A stretch of DNA of 64,000 bases from Tubulanus polymorphus (lineage: Eukaryota > Animalia > Nemertea), in the NCBI RefSeq assembly GCF_964204645.1, contig NC_134033.1, positions 9,122,655-9,186,654 of the forward strand. The letters are read 5' to 3'. Below, piece after piece: positions 9,900-22,510 of this stretch. Position 1 is the first letter of the stretch, and each line of letters starts with the position of its first letter. The position numbers and the translations under genes are program-made. Below the pieces are notes generated by a model. It ran no database searches and was not told where the DNA came from. It saw only the letters and a list, made by a program, of their open reading frames with translations.

Positions 9900-10980
9900 T
9901 TATTCTTTTAATTTTACTAGATAAAATCCATTCATTAAATTTATCATCATATCCTTTATATTTCACCAAAGAATACTTTTTTCCTTTAAGAGTTTTTGTT
10001 TTCAATACCTTTTCTATTTTGTATTCTATTTCATCTGGATTTGGTACTAATGATAATTCTTGTTCATAAAAATAACCTAATATTTCTTCATCTTTTAAAT
10101 CAAACAATTTATAAACAAATGGTTTAGTTAATATTATCTTTTTAATTTTAAATATTTCTTCAGTAAAATTAGGGGTATAACCTTTATAAAATGTTTTTCG
10201 ATATTTAGAAATTCTAACATGTTGTCCTATTTTAAATTTAGGTTCTCCGAAATCATGTGTAACAAATGCTCCATATAAATTATTCCAAACTATTTCTGAA
10301 TTTTCTTCTTTTCTAGCTTGTATAGGTTTCATATTTATAGAACTATGTTTAGAATTATTATAACCTTTAACTAAATCATCTAACACATCGATATATTTAT
10401 ATGTTTCATTAGCGGTGAAATATTTCCACATTCTAGTTTTCAATGTTTTATTAAATCTTTCTATAACAGATGCTTTTTTATCTGAATGTGTTGAAAAATA
10501 TTCTACATCGTTATCAGATAATAGTTTTTTAAAATGTTTGTTATAAAATTCCTTACCTTCATCAAATTGTATCTTATCTGGAATAGCTTCTTTAAATATA
10601 GATTTAAAAGCATTTGTTACTTCTATACCAGTTTTATTTTTAATCGGGATACTCCATGCGTATCTACTGAATATATCTATAACATTTAGTATCCAAAAAT
10701 ATCCTTTGTTATATTCTTCTAAGTTTTTCATGTCAATTAAATCAGCTTGCCATTGTTGGTCAATATATGAAACCATTACTTTTCTTGTTAAATATTTTTT
10801 ATCCATCTTTTTATGAATTTGATATGTGGGTTGATTTTGTAACCATGATTTTAATTCACTATATTTTATATTGCTATTATCAGATTTAATTTTATTCCAT
10901 AATTCTGAAACGTTAGAATATGATACTTCACTTTCTGGGTTATAATATAAATCTCTTAAATATTGTTCTTTTTTCATCAT
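9892..10980 (-). CDS. Retroviral-like (rve) integrase with C-terminal chromodomain, intact
   Basis: WQADLID, IDIFSRYAW, QFDEGKEF, IERFNKTLK (DDE); YKIEKVLK...LVKYKGYDDKFNEWI chromodomain. Confidence 0.95.
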   Translation of the reverse strand: MMKKEQYLRDLYYNPESEVSYSNVSELWNKIKSDNSNIKYSELKSWLQNQPTYQIHKKMDKKYLTRKVMVSYIDQQWQADLIDMKNLEEYNKGYFWILNVIDIFSRYAWSIPIKNKTGIEVTNAFKSIFKEAIPDKIQFDEGKEFYNKHFKKLLSDNDVEYFSTHSDKKASVIERFNKTLKTRMWKYFTANETYKYIDVLDDLVKGYNNSKHSSINMKPIQARKEENSEIVWNNLYGAFVTHDFGEPKFKIGQHVRISKYRKTFYKGYTPNFTEEIFKIKKIILTKPFVYKLFDLKDEEILGYFYEQELSLVPNPDEIEYKIEKVLKTKTLKGKKYSLVKYKGYDDKFNEWILSSKIKRINE

Positions 10981-10983
10981 ATT

Positions 10984-11343
10984 TTAATCCATTAATAATA
11001 TTTTAGATTTATTTTCATTTGATTTATTTTCTGGTGGTTTATTGTCTGTACACGGATAACAAAGTTTCCGATCATCTTTATCGTCAGATTTGAATTTTGA
11101 TTTATATATTACACCGGATAATATAATAACTGTTACTAATCCAATTGTAATATATAATTTATAATTACTTCCAGCATTAGAAGAATTAGATGGATTATTA
11201 TTTGAATCAATATCAGGTGATTCATTTATATCAGTTAATTTCTTTTTCTTAGCTTTTTTTAATTCTGAAGATCTTTTACCTAATTCTCTTGCCCATTTAA
11301 TTTGTTTCTCGGATCTAGCCTTTTTATTAACTCCATCACTCAT
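10984..11343 (-). CDS. Basic N-terminus, single-TM protein
   Basis: RSEKQIKWARELGKR; TM segment LYITIGLVTVIILSGVIY; TAAATG start. Confidence 0.7.
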   Translation of the reverse strand: MSDGVNKKARSEKQIKWARELGKRSSELKKAKKKKLTDINESPDIDSNNNPSNSSNAGSNYKLYITIGLVTVIILSGVIYKSKFKSDDKDDRKLCYPCTDNKPPENKSNENKSKILLMD

Positions 11344-11938
11344 TTATTTTAGTTAATTTTTGTTCTGATTCATTTTCTGTTTCGATGTTTTGTTGTAGTA
11401 CATCTGTTTCGTTCTTACCTGATTTATATTCCATAGGTTTGATATTCGAAAATGTTATAACTCCAGTAGAAATCAATGTCATAACCGATCCTAATTGAAA
11501 TGAAGCATATCCAACCCATTTTTGTAATTCAGTCATAACTAAATAGTCATTTTTCAAATCATTATATAATTTATTTTCATCATCAATTGGTATTAACTGG
11601 TTACATAACTTAGAATAACATTTGACAATACCATTAGAAATAGAATCATTTATTCTAGCTAATCGAGCTTCTTCATAAATCTTAAAATATTTTATTACTT
11701 TATCGGGTTTCATAGCATCTAATTCTTGAAAAGTAATAGTCTTAGTTAAAAACTCTTTAGTTTTTCCACCGGCAATCAATAGTTCTAGATGATGCTTACA
11801 ATATAAATAGTATTCATAATCTATATTGTTATTAACTTGAATAGAATTAGTTACAACTGTATCTTTATTATCACTTATACCCAAATCATCTAATGTTTTT
11901 TCAATATCAATACTATTCTTATTAGATTTCTTTGACAT
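11336..11938 (-). CDS. Conserved hypothetical viral protein with a hydrophobic C-terminal helix
   Basis: TAAATG start; homologue at 63733-64000 (IEKTLDDLGI, YEYYLYCKH). Confidence 0.75.
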   Translation of the reverse strand: MSKKSNKNSIDIEKTLDDLGISDNKDTVVTNSIQVNNNIDYEYYLYCKHHLELLIAGGKTKEFLTKTITFQELDAMKPDKVIKYFKIYEEARLARINDSISNGIVKCYSKLCNQLIPIDDENKLYNDLKNDYLVMTELQKWVGYASFQLGSVMTLISTGVITFSNIKPMEYKSGKNETDVLQQNIETENESEQKLTKINE

Positions 11939-12366
11939 TTATATTAGAGGAAAAAAGCAAAAAAAAATATTATAAGTATTCTTCAAATGATACTAGTATC
12001 TCTTTAGGTTAATACTAAATTGACTAGGGACTAGGTTAGTTAAAGTTAAAGAATTTCTATTCAAATCTATTCAAAATCTATTCAATCTAATGTCAATTAG
12101 AATTACCAAAAGAAAATATTGAAAATATAATAGAATTGACTAGCTAGTTGAAGTTATTGTTTTTTAATTATATTTTATTTAAATTAGGATTTAATATCTC
12201 ACTACTATTGTCTATCTATAGGAGCGGTAACTATAACTGTCCAGATAAGTCATTTCGGATTCTCGATAATAAATCCTAAAACTGAAAATAAATTCAAAGA
12301 AACGACTGGTGGAAATCTTATTTCATAAACACATATATTTATTATGTAAATTTTAGCGATCGATAA

Positions 12367-12557
12367 TAGAACAATGGAGAACAATAGAAATGCGGTCCAA
12401 TCGGACCGGTTATTGCGCAATACTTAGTTAACAGTAAACAATCAATACAGAACAACCGCCGCCATTAACAACGATCAATAGTAGAACAATGGAGAACAAT
12501 AGAAATGCGGTCCAATCGGACCGGTTATTGCGCAATACTTAGTTAACAGTAAACAAT
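12367..12557. repeat. Perfect 76-bp direct repeat (12367-12442, 12482-12557) with internal palindromes
   Basis: Directly visible. Confidence 0.9.
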
Positions 12558-12625
12558 ACAATATTAAAACAGATATATACAATCGAGATTACATTTTTGA
12601 TATCTAAGACCTTCAGTATTATAAC

Positions 12626-13354
12626 TTATAATTTTGTCCAGAATTCTTTAATTACTGGATTGTTTCCAATCATTTCTTCAATTTCTGGTAAATGTCTTAC
12701 TACTTCACTAAATGCTAATCCTAATATTTTGAATTTTTCATATTTTATTAATCTACCTACTCTTCTCAGTTTTCTTTCAAAACCGGCACTGATATCTATG
12801 TTCTTTTTAACCCACAGTCCCCAAGAAATCCCCTCAGTTTCTTTATCAAACATTGAAAACCCTATATTTAGATAACCCCCGAAAATGATGTGGTCCCATA
12901 GGTGATTTGCTTTTCTATTTAATACGGTTTTATAACTTTTTTTTAAGATATCAGTAATTTCAGCAAATGAAATAACTTCTACACTTTGTATTTCCGGAAA
13001 GTTTAAATGTCCTGTGTCAATGATTAATTTAAATTTTAAAAACTCGTTCAACTCTTCTCCACTCATTTTCTTAGTTTTCGATTCTTTGAGCCCCAACAGC
13101 AATTTGAGTCGCGTTGCTGGTAATTTTGGTAATTGTAGTTCGCGCGGTAATTGTTTATTATGTATTACATCACTCAGAATTTTCACCATTTCTTGATGAT
13201 AGTCCAAATGTTCTTGTAATGTTTGTGAAGTTTGTTCGTCAATTACGAGAGTTTCATCCTCCATTTCTATTGATTCCTGAGTTTCACTATCCAGTAGCAA
13301 TCGTTCCTCATCCGTTGGTTGGCTTAGAATTTCTGGTTGATCTTTGTGTTCCAT
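12626..13354 (-). CDS. Hypothetical accessory protein
   Basis: 242-aa ORF with TAAAATG start; no family recognised. Confidence 0.6.
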   Translation of the reverse strand: MEHKDQPEILSQPTDEERLLLDSETQESIEMEDETLVIDEQTSQTLQEHLDYHQEMVKILSDVIHNKQLPRELQLPKLPATRLKLLLGLKESKTKKMSGEELNEFLKFKLIIDTGHLNFPEIQSVEVISFAEITDILKKSYKTVLNRKANHLWDHIIFGGYLNIGFSMFDKETEGISWGLWVKKNIDISAGFERKLRRVGRLIKYEKFKILGLAFSEVVRHLPEIEEMIGNNPVIKEFWTKL

Positions 13355-13702
13355 TTTAATCTAAAAGATATCGTGAAAATGAATTACTATACTTAAATAT
13401 GTTTAAAGGTTTCCCTACTTCATAATAACTACAAAAAACGGTACTTACATTTAGATTTAGAACTGTAAACTGTGTTTTGAGAGAGAATATCCAATACGTA
13501 CCATGTATGTGAAAGTTGATTTCTAACTGCCGACGTGGCGCACGTTCGACCAAACTAATTACTTCTGCACAGATGTTCTTTATGATGAAGTTAATTAATT
13601 CTTTAGAATTGAAAACAAGATATATTTGGCAACATATGTTTTAGTAGTAAGCAAAAGCTATGTATTATATACATACAAAGCTCAAATAGAATTGCCAGCT
13701 TT

Positions 13703-14387
13703 CTAACCACTGATCAAAACCTCAGAATGCGGTTGATTCTGTGAAATACTATTCCATAATTCAACAAATGTCTTTGCTTTATCCAGTTGATCTAAATATA
13801 ACTGTAAATCTAGTTTATTGGATTTAATAATGTTTTCCTTCTTTTCTAAAGGTCTTAGATTCTTCCAATTCCAAATAAGTTTTTTATTGTATTCATCATT
13901 CATGTCAAATTTAGAAATCGGCAACACATGATCAATATGAAAGTATTCACCATAATTATCTATATTCATTTTATCGTCGAATTGATATATTATCCATGAT
14001 TTGAGAAATTCATCTGAACAACCCAATAGATTAGATAGTGTTTCTGAATGTGTTTCTTTGTTGAATAATTGTGTTAATCTAGATCTTAAGCATTGTTTCA
14101 ATCTAAAATTAAGATCTGTTTGATATCTTTCTCTCATATATTCTGTCATATAATCATTATAAGCTTCTCTATTATCTTCTCGGTATTGTTTGGTATATAG
14201 TTTAAAACAAGTTTTACAGCAATATTGAAAACCATCTTTGCTAATCTTACGCTTACTAAATTCTGTTAAAGCTAATTTATCTAATTCACATTTAAAACAC
14301 TTCTTGTAGTATATGTTTATAACGCCAGTGTTATTTGTAATATTGATAATGGTTGTTCTAATGGTAATGTGGTTGTTCTGGTTCCAT
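13703..14387 (-). CDS. HNH/endonuclease VII-like nuclease of the type common in large DNA viruses, with N-terminal Cys motifs; frameshift near the start
   Basis: LLGCS...FHIDHVLPIS...WKNLRPLEKKENIIKSNK. The frame stays open upstream of 14149 (KKCFKC...CCKTC). TAAATG at 14387 is out of frame. Confidence 0.75.
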
Positions 14388-14466
14388 TTATTATACGTAT
14401 TTTTTTACTAAATTGGTTAATAATTTTAGAATCCTCTTCCATTTCTTCGACCAACGTCATCCTTTT

Positions 14467-14718
14467 TCATTCCTCGCTGCTTTTGATAAGTTCTTTCGAT
14501 TCCTTGATAATAAATTCCTCAACGTATTGTTCATTATTTGGATCATTATTCCATAATTCAATAAATTTCTTTCCCTTTGTTAACTGTTCTGAATATAACT
14601 GTAAATATTCTAGTTTCAATTTATTCTCTAAATGTGTTCTAGTTTTATTGTGTCTTGCTTTTTGGGATTTATCTATATCGATATTACATGTTGGGCAGTA
14701 GTACTTATTTGCTTCCAT
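14467..14718 (-). CDS. Small C2H2 (matrin-like) zinc-finger protein
   Basis: YYCPTCNIDIDKSQKARHNKTRTH. Confidence 0.65.
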   Translation of the reverse strand: MEANKYYCPTCNIDIDKSQKARHNKTRTHLENKLKLEYLQLYSEQLTKGKKFIELWNNDPNNEQYVEEFIIKESKELIKSSEE

Positions 14719-14929
14719 TTTAATACTATATTTTTTATTAAAATTGATTTTAGAAGTTCAATGATTTATATCATGCATTATTTCAATCACACTTTACTAA
14801 CACTTTTAATGTTTAAAAATCTAACTCACACAAATATAAATATTGAAATAATGTTGTAAATATATCTATATATCTATTCTATAAGAGCTTACACTTTTAA
14901 ATGTTATTCATTTACATGAATATTTTAAG

Positions 14930-15339
14930 AGTAATAGGGATAATAGGCTTTCAGGTTAAAGGTTGAATGGTCGAGTTCATTAATAAAAAATATTAAAAGT
15001 AATTTAAAACTATAATATATTTTCATAACCGTGTGTATTTCAGTTGAATAATAGAATTATTATTATTATTAAAATATATTTGATTATATGAATTTGTGTA
15101 ATTTGGATTATATGAAATAAATCAATTGGTCGCGGAGCGGAGCGGTAGCGAAGTGGAGCGACCAATTGATTTAATACAATATGCTTTTTAAATTATTGAT
15201 ATCTTAGAATAAATATTTAGTTATAATATAAAATACACACGGTTATGAAAATATATTATAGTTTTAAATTACTTTGTTTTGTTTTTTAATTTGCTCGACC
15301 GTTCGACCTTTGGCTTGAAAGCCTATTATCCCTATTACT
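14930..15339. repeat. 410-bp imperfect palindrome at the element boundary
   Basis: Outer arms AGTAATAGGGATAATAGGCTTTCA and its reverse complement; perfect 45-bp arms 14996-15040 / 15231-15275; inner arms 15119-15133 / 15158-15172. Confidence 0.92.
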
Positions 15340-15940
15340 GGCAAGTATTCCTCGTAATCTGAGTACTCGTCAAGCAGCAGATTTAGCCCGGCAAAGAATC
15401 AGAAATGTATATAAAGACGTTGCCGATGACGTCTGTTAATGGTACTTATCGGTATTTCTGTAAATAGTTAATTTGTGAACAACTTTATAATTTCAGATAG
15501 AGAAAGTAATAGTACATAGTTATTTTGTTGTGGCCGGAGTGTCGCGAATATATCATTCGGCGTATATGGTTGTATTTATGTTGTAGTTTTCATTCATGGT
15601 TGTTGTATCATATCAATCCATATAATTCATGTGATAATCCCTTTTCAGTACTGTACAGGTTGTTTACTAGATTCTATCCAATAGTTGTACAGATTTGACA
15701 CAATGTAATCTCAATATCATTTATATGAACGTATGGGCAGAATAAATCAGTGCTGTTATAGATCTTTCAACGATAAGGAAGTCTCGTCGTTCGTAGTCGT
15801 TTTCTCTCGGACCTAGGGAATTCTTTGGAGTCCTCGATAGTATGGACAATCTTACCTCGTGAGAAACTAACTCAGACTGTACGCTGAACAGTATTATCTA
15901 CGACTCTATATCGATTGTTGTGTTTTATACTGCTTACTGA

Positions 15941-16543
15941 TCAGTACTTAGCCCTTAGCACACCATAGAGGGTGAAGATATCATCGGTGGCTGTTCCGTA
16001 GTTCCTTGTATGGTTCAAACTATGGTTGAACACCACCGCTCTACAGTTCACCGATATGTTTGATGAGTACCCAAGGAGCATTGAAATGGTCTCACCGGGA
16101 TGGCATATTGGGAGCAAGTCCCCACTTGGCTTGACGTCCTTAAACATTGAGTCTCCGAGCAAGAGTATCGGCCGGCCCATCGTCCTCTTCTGCATGACTT
16201 CCTGCAGTTTCGCCAGCTACCCATCGAGGTCTTCTGGCCTCCCGCCACTCTCAGCTACCATACCCCTCAACTGTTCCGATAACTCTCTGAAGCGCTTTCG
16301 CCCAAGTGGGTGCAGTTTCCTCTTCATTGATGTCTTCAAACCCAAGATAATTGCACCTACGACCAAGTGGCCTGGCTCGAACACATTCCGCTCGGCCGAT
16401 GCCACAAGCTCCTTCATGGATGGACTGTCATTGTTTGTGTCTGGCCGGAACGTACGGATAAACCGGGCTACTTCTTGTGTTAGCTTCCGCTTCATATCTT
16501 GCGTCATCCTATCGAGACTATCTAACTGTAGTACATCCATCAT
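15941..16543 (-). pseudogene. Extra ORF of the Gypsy element with an SGNH/GDSL hydrolase-like domain; in-frame TAG at 16217-16219
   Basis: ILLLGDSMF (block I), HPGET (block II), HSLNH (block III-like); the two ORFs share one frame. Confidence 0.6.
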
Positions 16544-16963
16544 GAAACTAAAGGAAAAAGAGAAATTAAAGAACGATTAAGGCAACCCGTATGGGATAGG
16601 AAAGACAGCACATATGACCATAGATAGGTAATGGCGTCTCCACTGCCAAACATCTGATTTTGGCTAAGCCGATTCCCTTTGTCGCAGTTCCAAACCTCTA
16701 CGCAGCCAGGTGTCCTTTTTGAGGGCGATGCGCCTCCAAGTTGCCTCGAAGCAATGACAAGGCCGCGCCTTATGGCAATGTGTCATCTCATAGGCGTATC
16801 ACTTTGGAAGCTTCAGAGTGCCCCGCGGTCGAGGCTGGCGTTGAGGTTCAACGGCATCCAATGGCGCACGGTCATCAACAGGCGGTCTTTGAACAGTACC
16901 ATTCGGCGTGCGGTCATCAACAGGCGGTCTTTGAACAGTACCATTGGCCACGGTTGCATCGGG

Positions 16964-19900
16964 CTAATTAGGCTCATGTGCCACCGGGGGCGGGATTCTC
17001 ACTGGAGCAGGTGTTGCTTTTGGCCAAACCCACACAGTGTCCTCAAGTATCGGGTTTTCTGATGATGCATCCGAGTCAGTTGACCCATCCTCTTCAGCAA
17101 CGGGGAGTGATGAAGTTTTTTTCCGTTTTAACCTCCCAGTGGGTTTTATTTCCTTAGGGCAATCCTTTCTGATATCACCGTAACACAACTTCATATCATT
17201 AAAGTGTACTACCCTGGTCTTTTTCTGTCCGCTCACTGGGGATACTCTTACCTCGGACACGCGCTCAATAACAGTATACGGCCCCTTCCACTTGTGGTGG
17301 AATTTTGACGCCTCCCCCTGTTTCAGGAAATGGCTTAGCAACCAGACACGGTGACCCTCCTGGTAACCACCACGCTTGGCAAACCTGTCATATGCCAATT
17401 TCTGGCGCCTCTGAGCAGCCTGCAGACGGTCTCTCACATGGTGATGGGCATAGTCTAGGCGGTCAGTCAGGTCATGGCCGTATTTGGTCGCACCTGAAGG
17501 GTTCGGGTTCCCAACCATGATGTCGATGGGTAATACCATTTCCTCCCCGAAGGTTAGATAAAATGGTGTTTCCTGGGTTGACATCTGGATGCTGGAACGA
17601 AAAGCCATCAGGCATGCGGGCAAATGGTCATCCCAATTGGTACCCTTATCATTGACGGCGACTGTCAGTGTTGACTTCAGTGTCTTGTTGAGGTTCTCAA
17701 CCTGACCATTGCCCATTGGATGGTATGCTGTCGTTCGTGTCTTATCGATGCCTAATATGGTACACATCTCAGCAAATACCCTGGATTCAAAGTTGGAACC
17801 ACGATCGGAATGAATGCTTTCTGGGCAGCCGAATCTGCATACCCATTCGTTCACCAGGATTCGGGCAACAACGTGCGCCTTCTCACTACGAATGGCCCAT
17901 GCTTCTGGCCATTTAGTAAATGCGTCCTGGGCGGCGAGGATGTAAACATTTCCATGGCGAGTACGGGGTAATGGGCCCACAATGTCGACATGAAGGCGCT
18001 GACCACGCCTCCCAATAGGAGTAGGGATAAGTGGGGCCTTTGGACGTTTCGGTGGGGATTTACATTCCTGGCAGATTGCGCACTCTTTAACAAAAGTTCT
18101 TACTCTTGTGGTCAACCCCGGGCACCAAAACCTTTGGCGGGCTTTGTGTTCTGTTTTTGCCCTTCCAAGGTGCTTTCCAGCAAACCCCTGATGCAATTCC
18201 TTAATTGCTTTTGGTGCAAGGCATGCAGGCAGGACAGTGCGGTACTGCTATTTCGTGGAGTCTGTGGGTGGCTTGAAGAGCAGTAGACTATCATGAAGTA
18301 CTAGCCTCTCAATCAGACCATAAAGACTCCGAGCCAACTTCCCACACTGCTGCAGTTCTGCAACAGATGGTTTTGCCTTACTCGTCTCCAGCGTTCTTAT
18401 TACAGAGTAAATATCAGGGTCGCTTCGCTGTGCCAATTTAATTTCGGCTCGGTGTAAGCAATCACGATCAACTTTGACATTTGCTACGAGTGGTGACTTA
18501 GGGAGGCCTGTTGGCCCACAACTTGGGCAGATTCCGTGCTTACTCAATGATCCTCTCGCTCCCGTCTGGTTGGGCCTGAGACAATTTCCCACCAATTGCC
18601 CGTTTACTAGCGTCGAAGTCCAGTATAAAAGTGCCACCTGAGACGGTGAAAACTGGGAATGCTAGAATCGGTGGATTGATAAGTCTGTCTTTCAAGGTCT
18701 GGAATGAGTCTTCCTGTTCTTTACGCCAAACGAACGGGTTATTCTTCCTCGTAAGGCGATGCAATGGTGCGGCTAGAGAGGAGAAGTCTGGGATATATCG
18801 AGAGTAGTATGTGACGAGTCCCATGAAGCTACGTAATTCCGCCACATTCTTTGGGACCGGCCAGTCTCTTACCACCTCTTACTTTGAACTGTCTGCCTCG
18901 ATTCCAGCTGAACTTACAATCCTGCCCAGGAACTTTATTTTCCGCCTCATAAGTTTGCATTTTCTTGGTTTCAGCTTCAAGTTGGCATTCCGTAGGTATG
19001 TGAAAACACCATCCAGCCTTTCCACATGAGTTTCCAGGTCTGAAGAGAACACGACAACATCGTCGAGGTAGATGAGGCACGTTTTCCACGCAACCTCATC
19101 GAGGACCATAGACATGAGTCGTGAGAATGCAGCTGGGGCATTAGTCACCCCAAACGACATCACATTCCACTCGTACAAGTGCCTATCAGTGGTGAACGCC
19201 GTCTTTTGCTTGTGTTGTTCCTTGATTGGCACTTGCCAGTATGAGCTGGTCATGTCGAGGCTAGAAAACCAGACTGAACCAGCCAGGGCTTCGAGTGTAC
19301 TATCAATCCGCCCGAGGGGGTGGCTGTCCTTGACCGTGCACTCGTTCAACTTTCGGTAGTCGCAGCACAAACGAAGAGTGCCGTCGGCCTTCTTGGCTAG
19401 GACAATTGGGCTTGCCCATGCACTATGCGATTCCCGTATCAAGCCCCTATCAAGCAACTCTTTTGTGGTAGTATCTACAAAGTCTCGACGTGCCGGTGGC
19501 ATACGCCGCGGTTGTTGTTTAATTGGCTTCGCCTCACCAGTGTCAATCTCAAAGTCCATGATTTTGGTCTTACCGATATCAAAATCGTTCCGTGAAAAGA
19601 CGTTTCGGTTTTTGTGTATGACAGCAACCAACTGTTCCTTTATTTTGGTCGGAATGTCCAGGTCTGGGACTCCTAGTTCCCCCAGGAGGTTCTGTAGATC
19701 AGAGTCATGTGGTGTCTTGTCGAACTCTTGTACTACTTGCTGTTTGGTACCTTCGTTAAGAGACATTACTTCAAGCGATTGCAGAGGGCAAAAACACCCA
19801 ATAGGTTGGCCGCGTTTGACTCTATAGGTGCAATCTGAGAAGTTGGCCAGTCTTACAGGTACCTTGTCGTCCTTTGGTACCACAAGTGACTTTCCCGTAC

Positions 19901-20548
19901 AGAACTCAGACCGTTTGCTACCCTCGATGATCCCCGGCATATAGTTTCCCATGGAGTTGCGTTTGATGTAACCTTCAACTACCACCTCTTGAGCCAGCTG
20001 GAATATACTGGGTCCGGCTTACGTAGACCCTGCACGCCTTTGGCCGAGACTGTCCTTGCTGGAGCGGGACTTCCGTCGGTCCAATCCTGAGGGAACGGTT
20101 TTCAAAGTTGACCGCACACCCATGTTTGTCGAGGAAATCACTACCCAACAGCAGGTCCTGGGAGAGGTCATCCGCAATTATCATTGGGTGCTCGATCTTC
20201 ATACCCCCAATTTCGAGCGCAACGTTAGCAATACCCCAGAGACATCTCCTGTCCAGTTGCCGTCACGAGAGATCCATTAACCGGGGACAGGGAATCGCTA
20301 CACTTAGAGCTCTCCCATACTGAAGCCTGCAGCACGGTACACGCTGCTCCAGTGTCAATTAGAAGTACTTTATTCTTCTCCCCATTCACCCGTCCACTAC
20401 AGTAAAGCCCAGTATCGTGTAGTGTTAACTGGCCTATGTTCAGGCTATCTGTCGAAACCTTTGCCAACTCATTCGTAAGACAAGGACCATCTGCAGGTAT
20501 GTCATTAGAATGAGAGATATCGGCATTGAATGAGGCGCGCCTACTCAT
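16964..20548 (-). pseudogene. pol: Gypsy pol (protease, RT, RNase H, integrase), frameshifted
   Basis: LIDTGA protease; LRLCCDYRKLN and YLDD RT; DFDAS RNase H; HHCC, VDIVGPLP, SDRGSNF, GQVENLN and GPY integrase motifs. Confidence 0.93.
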
Positions 20549-20556
20549 ATCCTTAG

Positions 20557-21891
<1,335 letters not shown>

Positions 21892-22186
21892 TCTTATCGG
21901 CTCAATTTAGGATAGGAATTATGATAAAATGAAATGAAGTAAGTCAAGCCTATGTCCCAAAAACACAAAATTATAAATTTCGTTCGCAAAACGGTTATAA
22001 AATATAGGTCACAGCATGTATCGGGCGAAATACTACTGCTGGATTCCTTCAATATACCAGATAGATCTAATTATAGCCCTACTTCTGTTCATTTAGGGCC
22101 GGCCGGGACACTAAAATATACAATTTAGCGACGCTTCACAAAAATAGCTTCAACACCACAAATAGGTTCAATTTCAATCCCACAAT

Positions 22187-22197
22187 CGCTGCCACCA
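22187..22197 (-). promoter_or_regulatory. Primer-binding site TGGTGGCAGCG (tRNA-Leu-like)
   Basis: Adjacent to the LTR edge at 22199; complementary to a tRNA 3' end. Confidence 0.8.
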
Positions 22198-22198
22198 A

Positions 22199-22510
22199 TG
22201 TAATAGTATTGCCTCTATTGTGTGTGTGACAATAGAGCACAAATAAATCCTTTAAAGAAACAGATCACGATCGATTGAACACTAACAAAAGATAGTAACC
22301 ACTTGCCTCCGTTTTATTCACGCAAAAGGTAGAAAGTTTCTTTTGTCCAATGTCGTATAGCGCCAGGAGTTTTTTTATGTCATAATTTTTTTACCTCATG
22401 CGTAACTCAATTATAGCAGAGTTGATAGTTTAATTATCAATTATTAATTTATAAATAAATTAGCATTATTAATCTAATTATTGGATTGATTATTATTAAG
22501 AGATATGACA
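22199..22510 (-). repeat. Candidate 5' LTR
   Basis: TGTAATA...TATGACA termini next to the PBS; the far end is not confirmed by a second LTR. Confidence 0.55.

Larger units (their letters stand above)
1..15339 (+). mobile_element. Polinton/Maverick (polintovirus) element 1, left end outside the window, partly pseudogenised
   Basis: Co-located pPolB, capsid, packaging ATPase and rve integrase genes. Dense, intronless and AT-rich, with an abrupt composition change after 15339. Confidence 0.93.
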
